A stretch of 63,413 nt of DNA from Candidatus Nanohaloarchaea archaeon (GTDB lineage: Archaea; Nanohalarchaeota; Nanosalinia; Nanosalinales; Nanosalinaceae). The position numbers and the translations under genes were made by a program. The stretch lies in contig JBEQBQ010000005.1 in the NCBI GenBank assembly GCA_041639695.1, forward strand, positions 1 to 63,413, read 5' to 3'. The notes beneath the pieces were generated by a model, which was not told where the DNA came from, made no database searches, and saw nothing but the letters and a program-made list of their open reading frames with translations. Below are positions 19,339-28,216 of this stretch, piece by piece. Every line of letters begins with the position of its first letter. Position 1 is the first letter of the stretch.

Positions 19339-20028
19339 TTATCTGAGTCGAGGATCCTCTTTCTCTATCCTTTTTGCCCATTTGCCTATCGTTGGGACCG
19401 AAACATCGGCTGCATTTGAGATCTGTTCCTGCGTCAAGCCCAGGTTTTCTGTCTGGCTTCCGAGATAGACCGATGCTGCTGACAAAGATTTAGGGTTGGT
19501 CTTTCCGTGAAACTCTGAGTAATCAAAAATATCATCCAGTTCTGATGCCTGTTTATGAGCGGCCTTCGATAGGTGGTGCCTTGTGTCTGCTATGGTGCTT
19601 AGGGGGGCCGTGTAATCACCTAAACCTTCCGGAGTGTAATCAGTTGCTATGACTGTGCTTCCGGGGTCTCCATCAATCATAAATGGAATCGAGTGCTCTA
19701 CGGACGGAACCTTGGACTGGAAGTGGTATACGGCATCTATGCTAAGAAGATCGGTTTCATTTTCGAGAAGTTCTTGATCTGTAATATCTTCTGGATTTCT
19801 GCCGTCTAGAAGCTGGTACGGGGTAATCGGCTCTCCTTCGTCCACGGAGGTGCTGTATATTATTCCTTTAGCAATATTCTCTGAGTCTAGTTCAAGGGCA
19901 TCCTCATATCCCAGAGACAGGATGTAATCTGCCCTATCTTGGTAGGTTTCTCTGGATTTTTCTTCGATACCTTCTGGTATATCAAGTTCTTGGGTGGCTT
20001 GATCCCAGTTTTTTGACGACATGGACAA
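19339..20028 (-). CDS. Divergent TFB-like cyclin-repeat protein lacking the zinc ribbon
   Basis: C-terminus GKTNPKSLSAASVYL...LTQEQISNAADVSVPTIGK parallels TFB GRSPEGVVASALYI...PQKDIAETVGVTEVTIRK. Confidence 0.7.
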   Translation of the reverse strand: MSMSSKNWDQATQELDIPEGIEEKSRETYQDRADYILSLGYEDALELDSENIAKGIIYSTSVDEGEPITPYQLLDGRNPEDITDQELLENETDLLSIDAVYHFQSKVPSVEHSIPFMIDGDPGSTVIATDYTPEGLGDYTAPLSTIADTRHHLSKAAHKQASELDDIFDYSEFHGKTNPKSLSAASVYLGSQTENLGLTQEQISNAADVSVPTIGKWAKRIEKEDPRLR

Positions 20029-20108
20029 ACATTAATCACAAAATTTTATAACTGCGATGTAATAAATAAGTACATTTACTTAGTTTCAAATTAATTCGTT
20101 TAACTTAT

Positions 20109-20197
20109 TTGATTGTTCGATGATGAGGTACTGACATCGTCTGATTCCCGACCTAAAGGGAGTATGATGACACATGAACACCTCTGAGAGCGATCAA
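20109..20197 (+). ncRNA. Box C/D methylation-guide sRNA (dual guide)
   Basis: C box ATGATGA 20120-26, D' CTGA 20141-44, hairpin TTCCC/GGGAG, C' ATGATGA 20164-70, D CTGA 20184-87, terminal stem TTGATTGTTC/GAGCGATCAA. Intergenic. Confidence 0.9.
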
Positions 20198-20205
20198 CTA
20201 CTTCT

Positions 20206-21669
20206 TTACGGAAGAATTCTGGATAAGGCAGACCTTAGATACTGTGTTAGCTCGTAGGCTTTCTCCACTACAAAGCCGTGTCCAGAATCATCTACAACGT
20301 TCTGTTTCCAAGTTCCCTTCCTGAACCAGAGGAAAGCGATCGCTCCTCCAATAACATTTGAAATTGCGAACGCCATCCAAACTCCTCTAGGACCGAATAT
20401 ACCTGAGCCGAAGAATGCAAGTGGGACTCTGGTAAGTCCTAGGAATGAGATTGAGATCACAGCGGCAATCATAGTCTTACCCGAACCCCTGAAACCACCT
20501 GAAAACGCTCTAATAACTCCTATAAATCCGAATGATAGTGAGACAAACTGGAGGAATTCTGTTCCGACCTTAAGAACTTCTGGTGTATCGGCGAATATAG
20601 CTGCTATTGGTTCTGCGAATATGAAGGTCAGGATACCTACGGCTGTCAAAAGAAGGAACATGAACTTTGCTGCTACGTAATTGGTTTTTTCTGCTCTATC
20701 GTATTTTTCAGCGCCAACGTTCTGACCTGTCATGGTTTCAACGCCTTTACCTATGGCGATAGCAGGCAGGAATATCATCGAGAAAATTCTAACGGAAATT
20801 CCGAAGCCTGCGACGACCGCAGTTGAGAATGTTCCAACTATGGCAAGCACTAGATTGACGGAAACCGATCTCCCTACGCCGTCAATTGAAGCAGGTATCC
20901 CTATTCCAAGCATCTTCTTCAAAAAGCTTCGATCGGGAACCATGTTCTTCCAAGATATTCTTACGCCTCTTCTACCCGAGAAAAGTATGGCTATGCCTGC
21001 GAAGAACGCAAGACCTCTACAGAAGATTGTTGCGTAGGCGGCGCCTTCAATACCCATTTTAGGGAAGATCCACCAGCCAAAGATCAGGAACGGATCAAGT
21101 ATTATATTCAAAACTACTGATCCAAGCATCAGCAGCATAGGGGTTATAGTATCCCCATAACCTCTCATTAAGGCTATAAACATCGAAAAGCCGAAAAGGA
21201 AAATCAATCCAAGTGTTATAACCTGCATGTAACCTGTTGCCAAGGGTACAACATCTGGTTTTGCTCCTAGAAGCTTTACTATTTCTTCAACTAGGAAGAA
21301 ACCTATGGTTCCCAGGGTTAAAGCTGCTATAGACCCAAATGTAATTGTCTGGGATGCTGCCTTGTCCACCATTTCCCTATTTTTTCTTCCCTCGTATTGC
21401 GCCACCAGTACGCTTCCTGCAACTGCCAAACCTAGTCCTAGGGATATGAAGAAGAATATGAGAGGGAAACCGAAGGTTATGGCTGCCAGCGAGTTTTTGC
21501 CTACTTCTCCGGCGATCTGTGCAACCCAGAAAGTGTCCGCGATATTGTAGGCGGTTCTCAAAAGATTGATTATGACTATCGGCAGTGAAAGATAGAACAG
21601 ATCTTTCCAGATCGTGCCTGTCGTAAGTTCTAGGTCCTCTTTGTCTTTGAACAGCTTTTGAAGTACCAC
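20206..21669 (-). CDS. MATE family efflux transporter
   Basis: YNIADTFWV, RGYGDT..P and NIILDPFLIFG motifs, about 12 TM helices. Confidence 0.93.
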   Translation of the reverse strand: MVLQKLFKDKEDLELTTGTIWKDLFYLSLPIVIINLLRTAYNIADTFWVAQIAGEVGKNSLAAITFGFPLIFFFISLGLGLAVAGSVLVAQYEGRKNREMVDKAASQTITFGSIAALTLGTIGFFLVEEIVKLLGAKPDVVPLATGYMQVITLGLIFLFGFSMFIALMRGYGDTITPMLLMLGSVVLNIILDPFLIFGWWIFPKMGIEGAAYATIFCRGLAFFAGIAILFSGRRGVRISWKNMVPDRSFLKKMLGIGIPASIDGVGRSVSVNLVLAIVGTFSTAVVAGFGISVRIFSMIFLPAIAIGKGVETMTGQNVGAEKYDRAEKTNYVAAKFMFLLLTAVGILTFIFAEPIAAIFADTPEVLKVGTEFLQFVSLSFGFIGVIRAFSGGFRGSGKTMIAAVISISFLGLTRVPLAFFGSGIFGPRGVWMAFAISNVIGGAIAFLWFRKGTWKQNVVDDSGHGFVVEKAYELTQYLRSALSRILP

Positions 21670-21760
21670 GAAAACAGTCTTGACAGCAGTTTTTTAAGAC
21701 GGGAAGTTTCGGGCCTGAAAGTTATCTTTAATAACCGGCCCGGGAAAGTTTGGAACAGAG

Positions 21761-22111
21761 ATGTCGAACGAACGAGAAGAGCTTTACGTAAGGGTCGACG
21801 GATACCGGGTATTATTACAGGACTTGGAAGCAGTTAACCAGATAATCGAGAACATCCATGAAGCCTCAGAAGTTCTTTCCCAGGTAAGAGATGTCAAGGA
21901 GAAATCAATCGACACAATCTACGAGAACATCGACAGATTGAACGAGAAACTCGAGGATATTGAGATGGAGATGCCTGAGGTTGATGGTGCTCCGACAGTC
22001 GAATACGCGCCTGAAGAACACGAGCAACCGGAAAGGATCGATGACTCGGTTCAGGAGCTTCACTCTGAGCTTGAGAACCTGCAGAGCGAGTTAAGCGATC
22101 TTGGTAAGTAA
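21761..22111 (+). CDS. Small acidic coiled-coil hypothetical protein
   Basis: 116-aa ORF with heptad pattern and native codon usage. Confidence 0.75.
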   Translation: MSNEREELYVRVDGYRVLLQDLEAVNQIIENIHEASEVLSQVRDVKEKSIDTIYENIDRLNEKLEDIEMEMPEVDGAPTVEYAPEEHEQPERIDDSVQELHSELENLQSELSDLGK

Positions 22112-22176
22112 GGGATTTATGGAAACTTTTTGTAGAGGTACTGGATAGTTGAAGGACTTAACCGATAACTATTTAT

Positions 22177-22196
22177 TTGTTACCGTATAGTAATAA
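22177..22196 (+). promoter_or_regulatory. TTGTTA-N8-TAATAA palindromic site
   Basis: 11/12 match to the 12798 palindrome; follows TATTTAT and ends 3 nt before the ATG. Confidence 0.55.
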
Positions 22197-22199
22197 GAC

Positions 22200-23204
22200 A
22201 TGTATCCTGGTTTCGAAACCGAAAAACCCGATAATTATGATGAACTGAAACAAGCCTTCGAGTCCAGAGTTACGACAGAAAAACCTAGTGGTCTTCTAAA
22301 AGGCCCTGAAAAGAATGAATTCTATGACGATGCCTCGGAAGAGTTCGGCATATATCTCTTCGAAAACGTTCACGATGGCGAAAATTCTATAGAAGACTGC
22401 CTCTATGTCCTAGCGGATTCAGACAAATATTCGTTCACAAAAGATATGAGGACTATTGCTTCCCGAGCCCTTAATGAGGTAATAAAAAGAGCTACAGAAA
22501 GCTACTCGCCTACACTTGAGAAGACAACAAACATCGGAGGGGAAACAGAATTTGCCGAGAAAGCTATAGAACATTTTCAGGAGGCAAATCCGGATTTAAA
22601 AGCAGATGAGATGAACAGACTTATTGATAAGACTGTTGAAGTTGAAGGAGATTCATATCAGGAATTTATGACCGAGTATGGCGAAGCAGAAGTACTAAAT
22701 GAGTTTGAATCCTTTAGCCAAGAAATTCTAAGAGAAACCTTTGGGAGCGGCGTAAAGTTTCCTCTCGTAAAAGGGATAGGTTATCGTAAAATCGCCCAAA
22801 CTGATCCTGACGGCCCTATAAGCCAATTTGATTCAGAGGAAGTAACTAGAGAGGAATTTGCCGAGATAATGGCTAACCATGTTCGAAGTAACGGGCTGAA
22901 AATAGGAAGACCTCAGCTGGATTCCTGGACCACAGATCCTGAAACAGCAAATTTCTTCGCAGACAGTATTTCTGATCGCCATAAAGGCGTTTATATCGAA
23001 CAATCGGTTGATATAGAGAATATAGCGTTTTCCTGTATCACTACACCCTCGCTCCTTGGAGAATCTGAGTTTAGGTTAAGCGATGGGACTGAGCAATTCA
23101 ACTCGGATCAATATCATATTAGGGCTGGAAACGAGGAAGACAACCTTTTCGAGCATGAAGCTCTCAGACTTTATAATGGCCTTGAGAGTCAAGGATTTTT
23201 CTAA
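22200..23204 (+). CDS. Orphan protein with putative C-terminal ADP-ribosyltransferase-like domain
   Basis: LVKG...DSWTTDPETANFFA...GESEF order resembles R-S-E ART motifs, with K in place of R. Confidence 0.5.
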   Translation: MYPGFETEKPDNYDELKQAFESRVTTEKPSGLLKGPEKNEFYDDASEEFGIYLFENVHDGENSIEDCLYVLADSDKYSFTKDMRTIASRALNEVIKRATESYSPTLEKTTNIGGETEFAEKAIEHFQEANPDLKADEMNRLIDKTVEVEGDSYQEFMTEYGEAEVLNEFESFSQEILRETFGSGVKFPLVKGIGYRKIAQTDPDGPISQFDSEEVTREEFAEIMANHVRSNGLKIGRPQLDSWTTDPETANFFADSISDRHKGVYIEQSVDIENIAFSCITTPSLLGESEFRLSDGTEQFNSDQYHIRAGNEEDNLFEHEALRLYNGLESQGFF

Positions 23205-23239
23205 AATGGAAGTATTACCTTAACTAGAAATGGTAATTG

Positions 23240-23360
23240 TGCCGGGGACAAGATTTGAACTTGCGAACCCCTAAGGGAGCAGATCTTGAGTCTGCCGCTT
23301 CTAACCCTTCCAGAGTTCTCCGAAGAGACTCGTGGAGATTGGCCACTTAGCTACCCCGGC
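23240..23360 (-). tRNA. tRNA-Leu (CAA) with a 38-nt D-loop intron (23301-23338)
   Basis: Acceptor GCCGGGG/CCCCGGC+A, anticodon arm GCAGA-CTCAAGA-TCTGC, long variable arm, TTCAAAT. Intron flanked by a BHB (helix GGCC/GGTT, bulges AAT and AGA). Confidence 0.92.
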
Positions 23361-23510
23361 CTACAGAAATAACTCTTTAAACAAATTCTTTTGAATTCCA
23401 CTACTCGACACTTTCCAGAACTTCCTCAATCGAATCAATAAGATGGGTTATAATCTGGGGCGATATAGAAATCCATCTTAAATCAAATTAGAAAGGGGAT
23501 GAAGAAAAGT

Positions 23511-24065
23511 TTATTTGAGAAGCTCGGTCTTCCTGACTTCGAGCTCTCTGAACGGGTAGACCTTGTTGATCTCTTCCCTCAGCTCGTCCTGAAGGTTGTC
23601 AAGGAAGATGTTCTCCATCAGTTCGTTGTAGCTCTGCTCGGAGGCTCTGTCCTCGATGATTTCCTTGATCTTGTTTCTTGCGTCGCTGAGTGTCTGTGAG
23701 GAGGTCTTCTTGACTGTTGCTCCGACAAGCTTGATTCTTACCTTTCTGTCGTCAGCTGTCTCGAAGTCCTCGACCATGTCCATGCGGTCGCTTCTCTTCC
23801 TGATCATTCTGGAAACGAATTCTGAGCTGCATTCCATTCCGTTGATCTCGGAGAATGCCTTGTTTCCTTCGACTTCTGTGACTTTGAACTCAACGTCTAC
23901 GTAGTATTTGTCTGAATCTTCTAGTAGTTCTGTTAGAGATTCTTTAACCGTTCTGCCCACGACCTGGGACTGTTTCTCCGCCGGTGTCTCCGTTACGGAG
24001 TCTTCGGTGAAGATGTCCGGGGTCTGGATTTCGTACCAGTTTTTCTGGATAACTGCCTTAGCCAT
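23511..24065 (-). CDS. rps3ae: 30S ribosomal protein eS1 (S3ae)
   Basis: KNWYEIQTP.IF, VGRTV and KVYPFRELEVRK motifs. Confidence 0.95.
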   Translation of the reverse strand: MAKAVIQKNWYEIQTPDIFTEDSVTETPAEKQSQVVGRTVKESLTELLEDSDKYYVDVEFKVTEVEGNKAFSEINGMECSSEFVSRMIRKRSDRMDMVEDFETADDRKVRIKLVGATVKKTSSQTLSDARNKIKEIIEDRASEQSYNELMENIFLDNLQDELREEINKVYPFRELEVRKTELLK

Positions 24066-24126
24066 ACCCCGAATCTCGAATCAAAACTTTATAAACGGTA
24101 GGCCGAGTGTTCAACTCCAACTCTTT

Positions 24127-25041
24127 CTAACTCTTCGACATCTGTTCAAGCATCTTCCTCTGCCGCTCAACGTAGCTTCTGTACCTCTCAACTTCATCTT
24201 CATCGCCGGATCTAGAGATCCTCTTCAAACACCAGACGATGTTGAATACATGCCTGATTCTCTTCGCATTATCCAGCTCTTCGTTAAAATTTTCTGATTT
24301 GGACAGTTTCTTCCTGTAACTTCTTCTGATCCTGTTCTTCTGCTTCTCACTAGGTTGGCTATGAGCAAGCACTATACCAAGATCGGAGAACCGGTTCAGG
24401 TTGAAGCCTGCGAACTCCCAGTCAATCAAGTAGAAATCTTGCTCAGTTCTTCTCGTGCTGTTGGAAAGATCCGAATGCGTAAGAAACGCTTCCGAACCAT
24501 CTCCGGAACCAAGTTTTTCCTCAAGATCCCCAATAATTCTCTCCAACAAATTATCTAGCTCTGTCTCTGCGGAAACCGAATTAAGATCTTCACGGAGACT
24601 TTCCAGCTTTTGGAGAGGATGCTCCGGTTCTTTGTATTCGAAGTTCCGCTCTTCACAGTAGGTCCTGTAATCATCAAATTTCAGGCTGTTTATCTCCAGA
24701 AGCTTTTCTGTCCACAGATCTATTTCCTGCTCGTTCAGTTGCCCGAGCCTTACATCTTCCTCGCCGACGAAGGTAATGACGTGTAGCTCTTTTCCAGGAT
24801 CGTAGAAAACTGAGCGAGGAACGTTAACTACATCTTTGAACTCCAGAAACTCTAGAATGTTTCTCTCATTTCTGAGGCTTTGATCTTCGGAAACCTGTTT
24901 CTTCTTACGCAGAACATACTTCTGATCTCTAGACCTGAAAATGAAGTTGTAATTGTTGTCTCCGTCCTCTCTTCCAAGAATTTCGAAGCTCTCGAACTCT
25001 TTGACTTGTTTCAAGTGTTCTTTTGCAGAAGAGATATCCAT
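24127..25041 (-). CDS. APH/choline kinase family phosphotransferase
   Basis: YVLRK, HSDLSNST (Brenner-like) and LIDWEFAG..DLG motifs. Confidence 0.85.
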   Translation of the reverse strand: MDISSAKEHLKQVKEFESFEILGREDGDNNYNFIFRSRDQKYVLRKKKQVSEDQSLRNERNILEFLEFKDVVNVPRSVFYDPGKELHVITFVGEEDVRLGQLNEQEIDLWTEKLLEINSLKFDDYRTYCEERNFEYKEPEHPLQKLESLREDLNSVSAETELDNLLERIIGDLEEKLGSGDGSEAFLTHSDLSNSTRRTEQDFYLIDWEFAGFNLNRFSDLGIVLAHSQPSEKQKNRIRRSYRKKLSKSENFNEELDNAKRIRHVFNIVWCLKRISRSGDEDEVERYRSYVERQRKMLEQMSKS

Positions 25042-25073
25042 GGTTTGAAAATAATTCTTCTATTAACTGATTT

Positions 25074-26441
25074 TCAGCTCTCTACCTCTTCCAGCACTCC
25101 TTCCCGCACCTTCTCTATAAACTCTTCTTTCTTGTCTCTGGGGAACTTGGCTCCTGCCGCAACGTTGTGACCTCCGCCCTCTCCGTCAAGTTCTTCACAG
25201 ATCTCCTCTATAATCTCTCCAAGGTTCAAACCGTTCTCAACCGCATCCTTGTCAGCTCTCGAAGAAGCCTTTATCTTGTCCTTTTCTGACTCTGCAACCC
25301 CTAGAATAACGGGTACATCGGAGAAGAAGCCGTTGCTCATCGTAATGGTTGTAACTGTTCCGATGAAGTCGTCCTCGACCTCGTCCTTTCCATCTATAAT
25401 TCCGATCCCGTCCTCGTAAATTACATCAGTATCATCTTTGTTCTCTTCAACGTATCCTAGTGCGGAACTTATCTCCCTGCTGTATTTTCTGGAAATCTTT
25501 CCGGCAAGCTCCAAATCCTGTTCAAGAAGTATTTTCACACCGGTCTTTGGCTCTCCAAGTCTTCCGGACGCGTTGATTATTGTGGAGAACTCGTCGATCC
25601 CGTGGCCGTTGTCTAGGACGTAGATATTCTGCATCAGTTCCTGTGCGGGATAGCCGTGCTTAATCATGCCGCTGATCAACTTCTTCTCTTCTTCCTCTGA
25701 AAGATCTTCTAGTGTGCGGAAGCCCCCGTTCTCCCTTATTTCGACGCCGCAGCTCTTCACGAACTGGATCGCACCTGACTCGTTGTTCGTGATTCCCTCT
25801 AGATGAGGGTCGCTAGTATACATTAACGACTTGTGAAGCGGCTTGGTGCTTCTTCCGTAGAGATCTAGGCCCTGCCGTTTCTCTATCAGGTCTCGTTCCT
25901 CCGCTCTTTCCAAAAGATGTTTGTTGAGTCCCATGAACTCGCCGTCCTGTTTTTGGACGTCGCCGGTCGCACCTATCAAAGCGTATTCGACTAGTTCGTG
26001 GTTTTCTTCCGAGGCTTTCTCTGCCAGTAAGTAAGTCATTCCGGCGGCAGAGATCGCTTCTCCTCCGTCGTGACCTAAAAAGTGCGGGTTCAAGTGAATG
26101 AAGTCGCCTTCTATCTGGGGTTCGTGGTGGTCGCTGACAATAACTTCTTTCCCCGCATCTTCAACTATGTGTTCCTGTACGAATTCCGATTGCCCGGAAC
26201 CGATGTCAACAAATAGAATAAGTTCTTCGTCTTCCTCAGCTATCCGTTTAACGTCCTCTTCGTAGAGCTGTTTCAGTATTTCGTATTCGAAGTCTTTTCC
26301 CATGCGTTCAAGCATTTCGTGTGCGATGGCTGTCGCAGATATGCCGTCAGCGTCATACTGACCTACCAACCTGATCTTTCCTTCAAAGTTTTCGAGTTTC
26401 TCAACTGCGGGATCACATTCTTCGAGAATATCTTCAACCAT
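25074..26441 (-). CDS. RecJ/GAN-like DHH family phosphoesterase
   Basis: DADG, DIGSG, DHH, GATGD and GGGHNVAAGA motifs; conserved position between uS15 and eS1. Confidence 0.92.
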   Translation of the reverse strand: MVEDILEECDPAVEKLENFEGKIRLVGQYDADGISATAIAHEMLERMGKDFEYEILKQLYEEDVKRIAEEDEELILFVDIGSGQSEFVQEHIVEDAGKEVIVSDHHEPQIEGDFIHLNPHFLGHDGGEAISAAGMTYLLAEKASEENHELVEYALIGATGDVQKQDGEFMGLNKHLLERAEERDLIEKRQGLDLYGRSTKPLHKSLMYTSDPHLEGITNNESGAIQFVKSCGVEIRENGGFRTLEDLSEEEEKKLISGMIKHGYPAQELMQNIYVLDNGHGIDEFSTIINASGRLGEPKTGVKILLEQDLELAGKISRKYSREISSALGYVEENKDDTDVIYEDGIGIIDGKDEVEDDFIGTVTTITMSNGFFSDVPVILGVAESEKDKIKASSRADKDAVENGLNLGEIIEEICEELDGEGGGHNVAAGAKFPRDKKEEFIEKVREGVLEEVES

Positions 26442-26512
26442 CGCTGGAAAAATGTAAGATCAGAGCCTATTAAATGGGTTTTGATCGTTCTGCATTTTGA
26501 TACTTAGTATGT

Positions 26513-27118
26513 CTAGTTGGATGCTAGAGTCACTACTGTGCCGTTTGCTGCCTCTGCTATGAGGTTCCCGTTCTTCACGTATAGTGACCAGCCTTCGCTC
26601 GGAAGGGTTCCTGGGTCGCTGCCTGCAACATTAGTGGCTTGGTGGAGCTTTATCCTCTTTGGATTTGTCTGATTGAAGGAGAGCAGTGTTGAGCCACCAT
26701 TTGTGTCTTCGAAAACGAGTCTTCGGTTTCCAGAACCTGAGGAATCGTATCTTATGTAGTGGTCTCCAAGATCGGAGAATTTTATTTCGGTTTGGAAACC
26801 GTCAAGTTCAAGAGAGCCTGAAGTCGTACTGCCAACATTAAGATTCTGTATACTATTCAGATTACTTGAATTAAGGCTTATGTCTGATCCTGAGCTGGAT
26901 AAGCCGCTTTTAGTCAGTTTTAATCCGGATGCTGAAGCTATTCCCATGGCCCCGATTCCGGCAGCGCCTGCTCCCAGCTTCTTGATAAACTTGCGCCGAG
27001 AAATCTCTTGATCTTCCTGTTTCTCATCGTTTTTCAGCTTGGATTTAAGCTTCCGGTTTTCTTTTTCGAGTTCGCCAACCCTCTCCGCAAGCTTCTCAAC
27101 TTTTTCTTCTAAGTCCAT
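26513..27118 (-). CDS. Coiled-coil + twin-arginine signal + tail-fibre-like tip protein (paralog A)
   Basis: N-terminal heptads, SRRKFIKK plus Gly/Ala h-region and ASA; C-terminus LYVKNGNLIAEAANGTVVTL resembles phage tail-fibre ends. Confidence 0.7.
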   Translation of the reverse strand: MDLEEKVEKLAERVGELEKENRKLKSKLKNDEKQEDQEISRRKFIKKLGAGAAGIGAMGIASASGLKLTKSGLSSSGSDISLNSSNLNSIQNLNVGSTTSGSLELDGFQTEIKFSDLGDHYIRYDSSGSGNRRLVFEDTNGGSTLLSFNQTNPKRIKLHQATNVAGSDPGTLPSEGWSLYVKNGNLIAEAANGTVVTLASN

Positions 27119-27191
27119 GTTCTAGAACTACTCAACGTGGTTAAAATGTATGGCGGTAATTAGAATTGAAGAAGAAATGATAGGAGAGAAC

Positions 27192-27629
27192 TTATTCGTC
27201 TCTCTCGTACTTCCAGTCCTCAGGAATGTTTCCTTCTTCCCTGTGGTAGTCTGCGATTCTGCGGATCTTTGCCTCGGTTAATTCGAGGTTTCTCTGCGCA
27301 TCTTCGTCCTTAGGATTCTCTTCAACGTGATCCTGGATCGATTCAGCTTTCTCAAGAAGGTTCTTCAAGTCCTCTGGGACTTCAAGCTCTAGGCCTTCGT
27401 CCTCAAGAATCTCTGTAACCTTCATGTCTGTAACCTGTTTGACTGAAGGGATTCCGTACTGGTCTCTTAGCTTCATGCCGATCTGTGAAGGGTCGTCTCC
27501 GTTCCTTCTCAGCTTGACGACAAGGTCTTTGACCTCTTCCTCGTCGTACTCGACCCAGCGCGGGTTTTTCTTGTTAACGGGTTTATCAGAACCTGAAGAT
27601 CCTCTTCCTTTAGAGTGCATTCGTGACAT
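27192..27629 (-). CDS. rps15: 30S ribosomal protein uS15
   Basis: MSRMHSKGRGSSGS, IGMKLRDQYGIP, PEDL and EAKIRR motifs; SD GGTGA upstream. Confidence 0.97.
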   Translation of the reverse strand: MSRMHSKGRGSSGSDKPVNKKNPRWVEYDEEEVKDLVVKLRRNGDDPSQIGMKLRDQYGIPSVKQVTDMKVTEILEDEGLELEVPEDLKNLLEKAESIQDHVEENPKDEDAQRNLELTEAKIRRIADYHREEGNIPEDWKYERDE

Positions 27630-27757
27630 TATTAGTTTCACCTGATCCGGCTAAGCTCTCACCTCACCGGTCTTAAGTCTGAGTTCTCGGTAAAACTTTT
27701 TAACTGTGGAACGAAATGCGCCGAACCTTTTAATCTTGGACGTCCTATGAAGAAAAC

Positions 27758-28216
27758 ATGAACAAACTCGAAAAACAAATTCTCAGGGTCTGGGTTCTTG
27801 GTTCGCTGCTTTTCGCTGTTTTTCTCGGCTTCATAACTGAGATAGCGGCCAGAATAGGTCTTGAAATGCCGTGGCTTGGAGTTGCCGTGTTCGCATTCTC
27901 CGGCGTGACTGGAACTGTCTACAGTCTTTACAGGTACAAGAACTGGGGGTACGAGAAAAAAGAAGGTTATCTGTATCTGGAACACGGTGTTCTGCGGAAG
28001 GTGAAGTCCATGGTTCCCCACGTCAGGATACAGCACGTTGACTCCCAAAGAAGCGTGGTGGACAGGATTTTCGGTCTCTCAAGTGTTGTGGTTTATACTG
28101 CCGGAAGTAGAGGTGCCGATGTAACTATCCCTGGTTTGATGCCTAAAGATGCGGAAGAGCTACAATCTTATCTCAGAAAGGTTGCTATAGATTCTGAGGA
28201 CGAGGACGCAGTATGA
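27758..28216 (+). CDS. bPH_2 domain membrane protein (YdbS-like)
   Basis: Two TM helices followed by VPHVRIQHVD...FGL...YTAGS. Confidence 0.85.
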   Translation: MNKLEKQILRVWVLGSLLFAVFLGFITEIAARIGLEMPWLGVAVFAFSGVTGTVYSLYRYKNWGYEKKEGYLYLEHGVLRKVKSMVPHVRIQHVDSQRSVVDRIFGLSSVVVYTAGSRGADVTIPGLMPKDAEELQSYLRKVAIDSEDEDAV

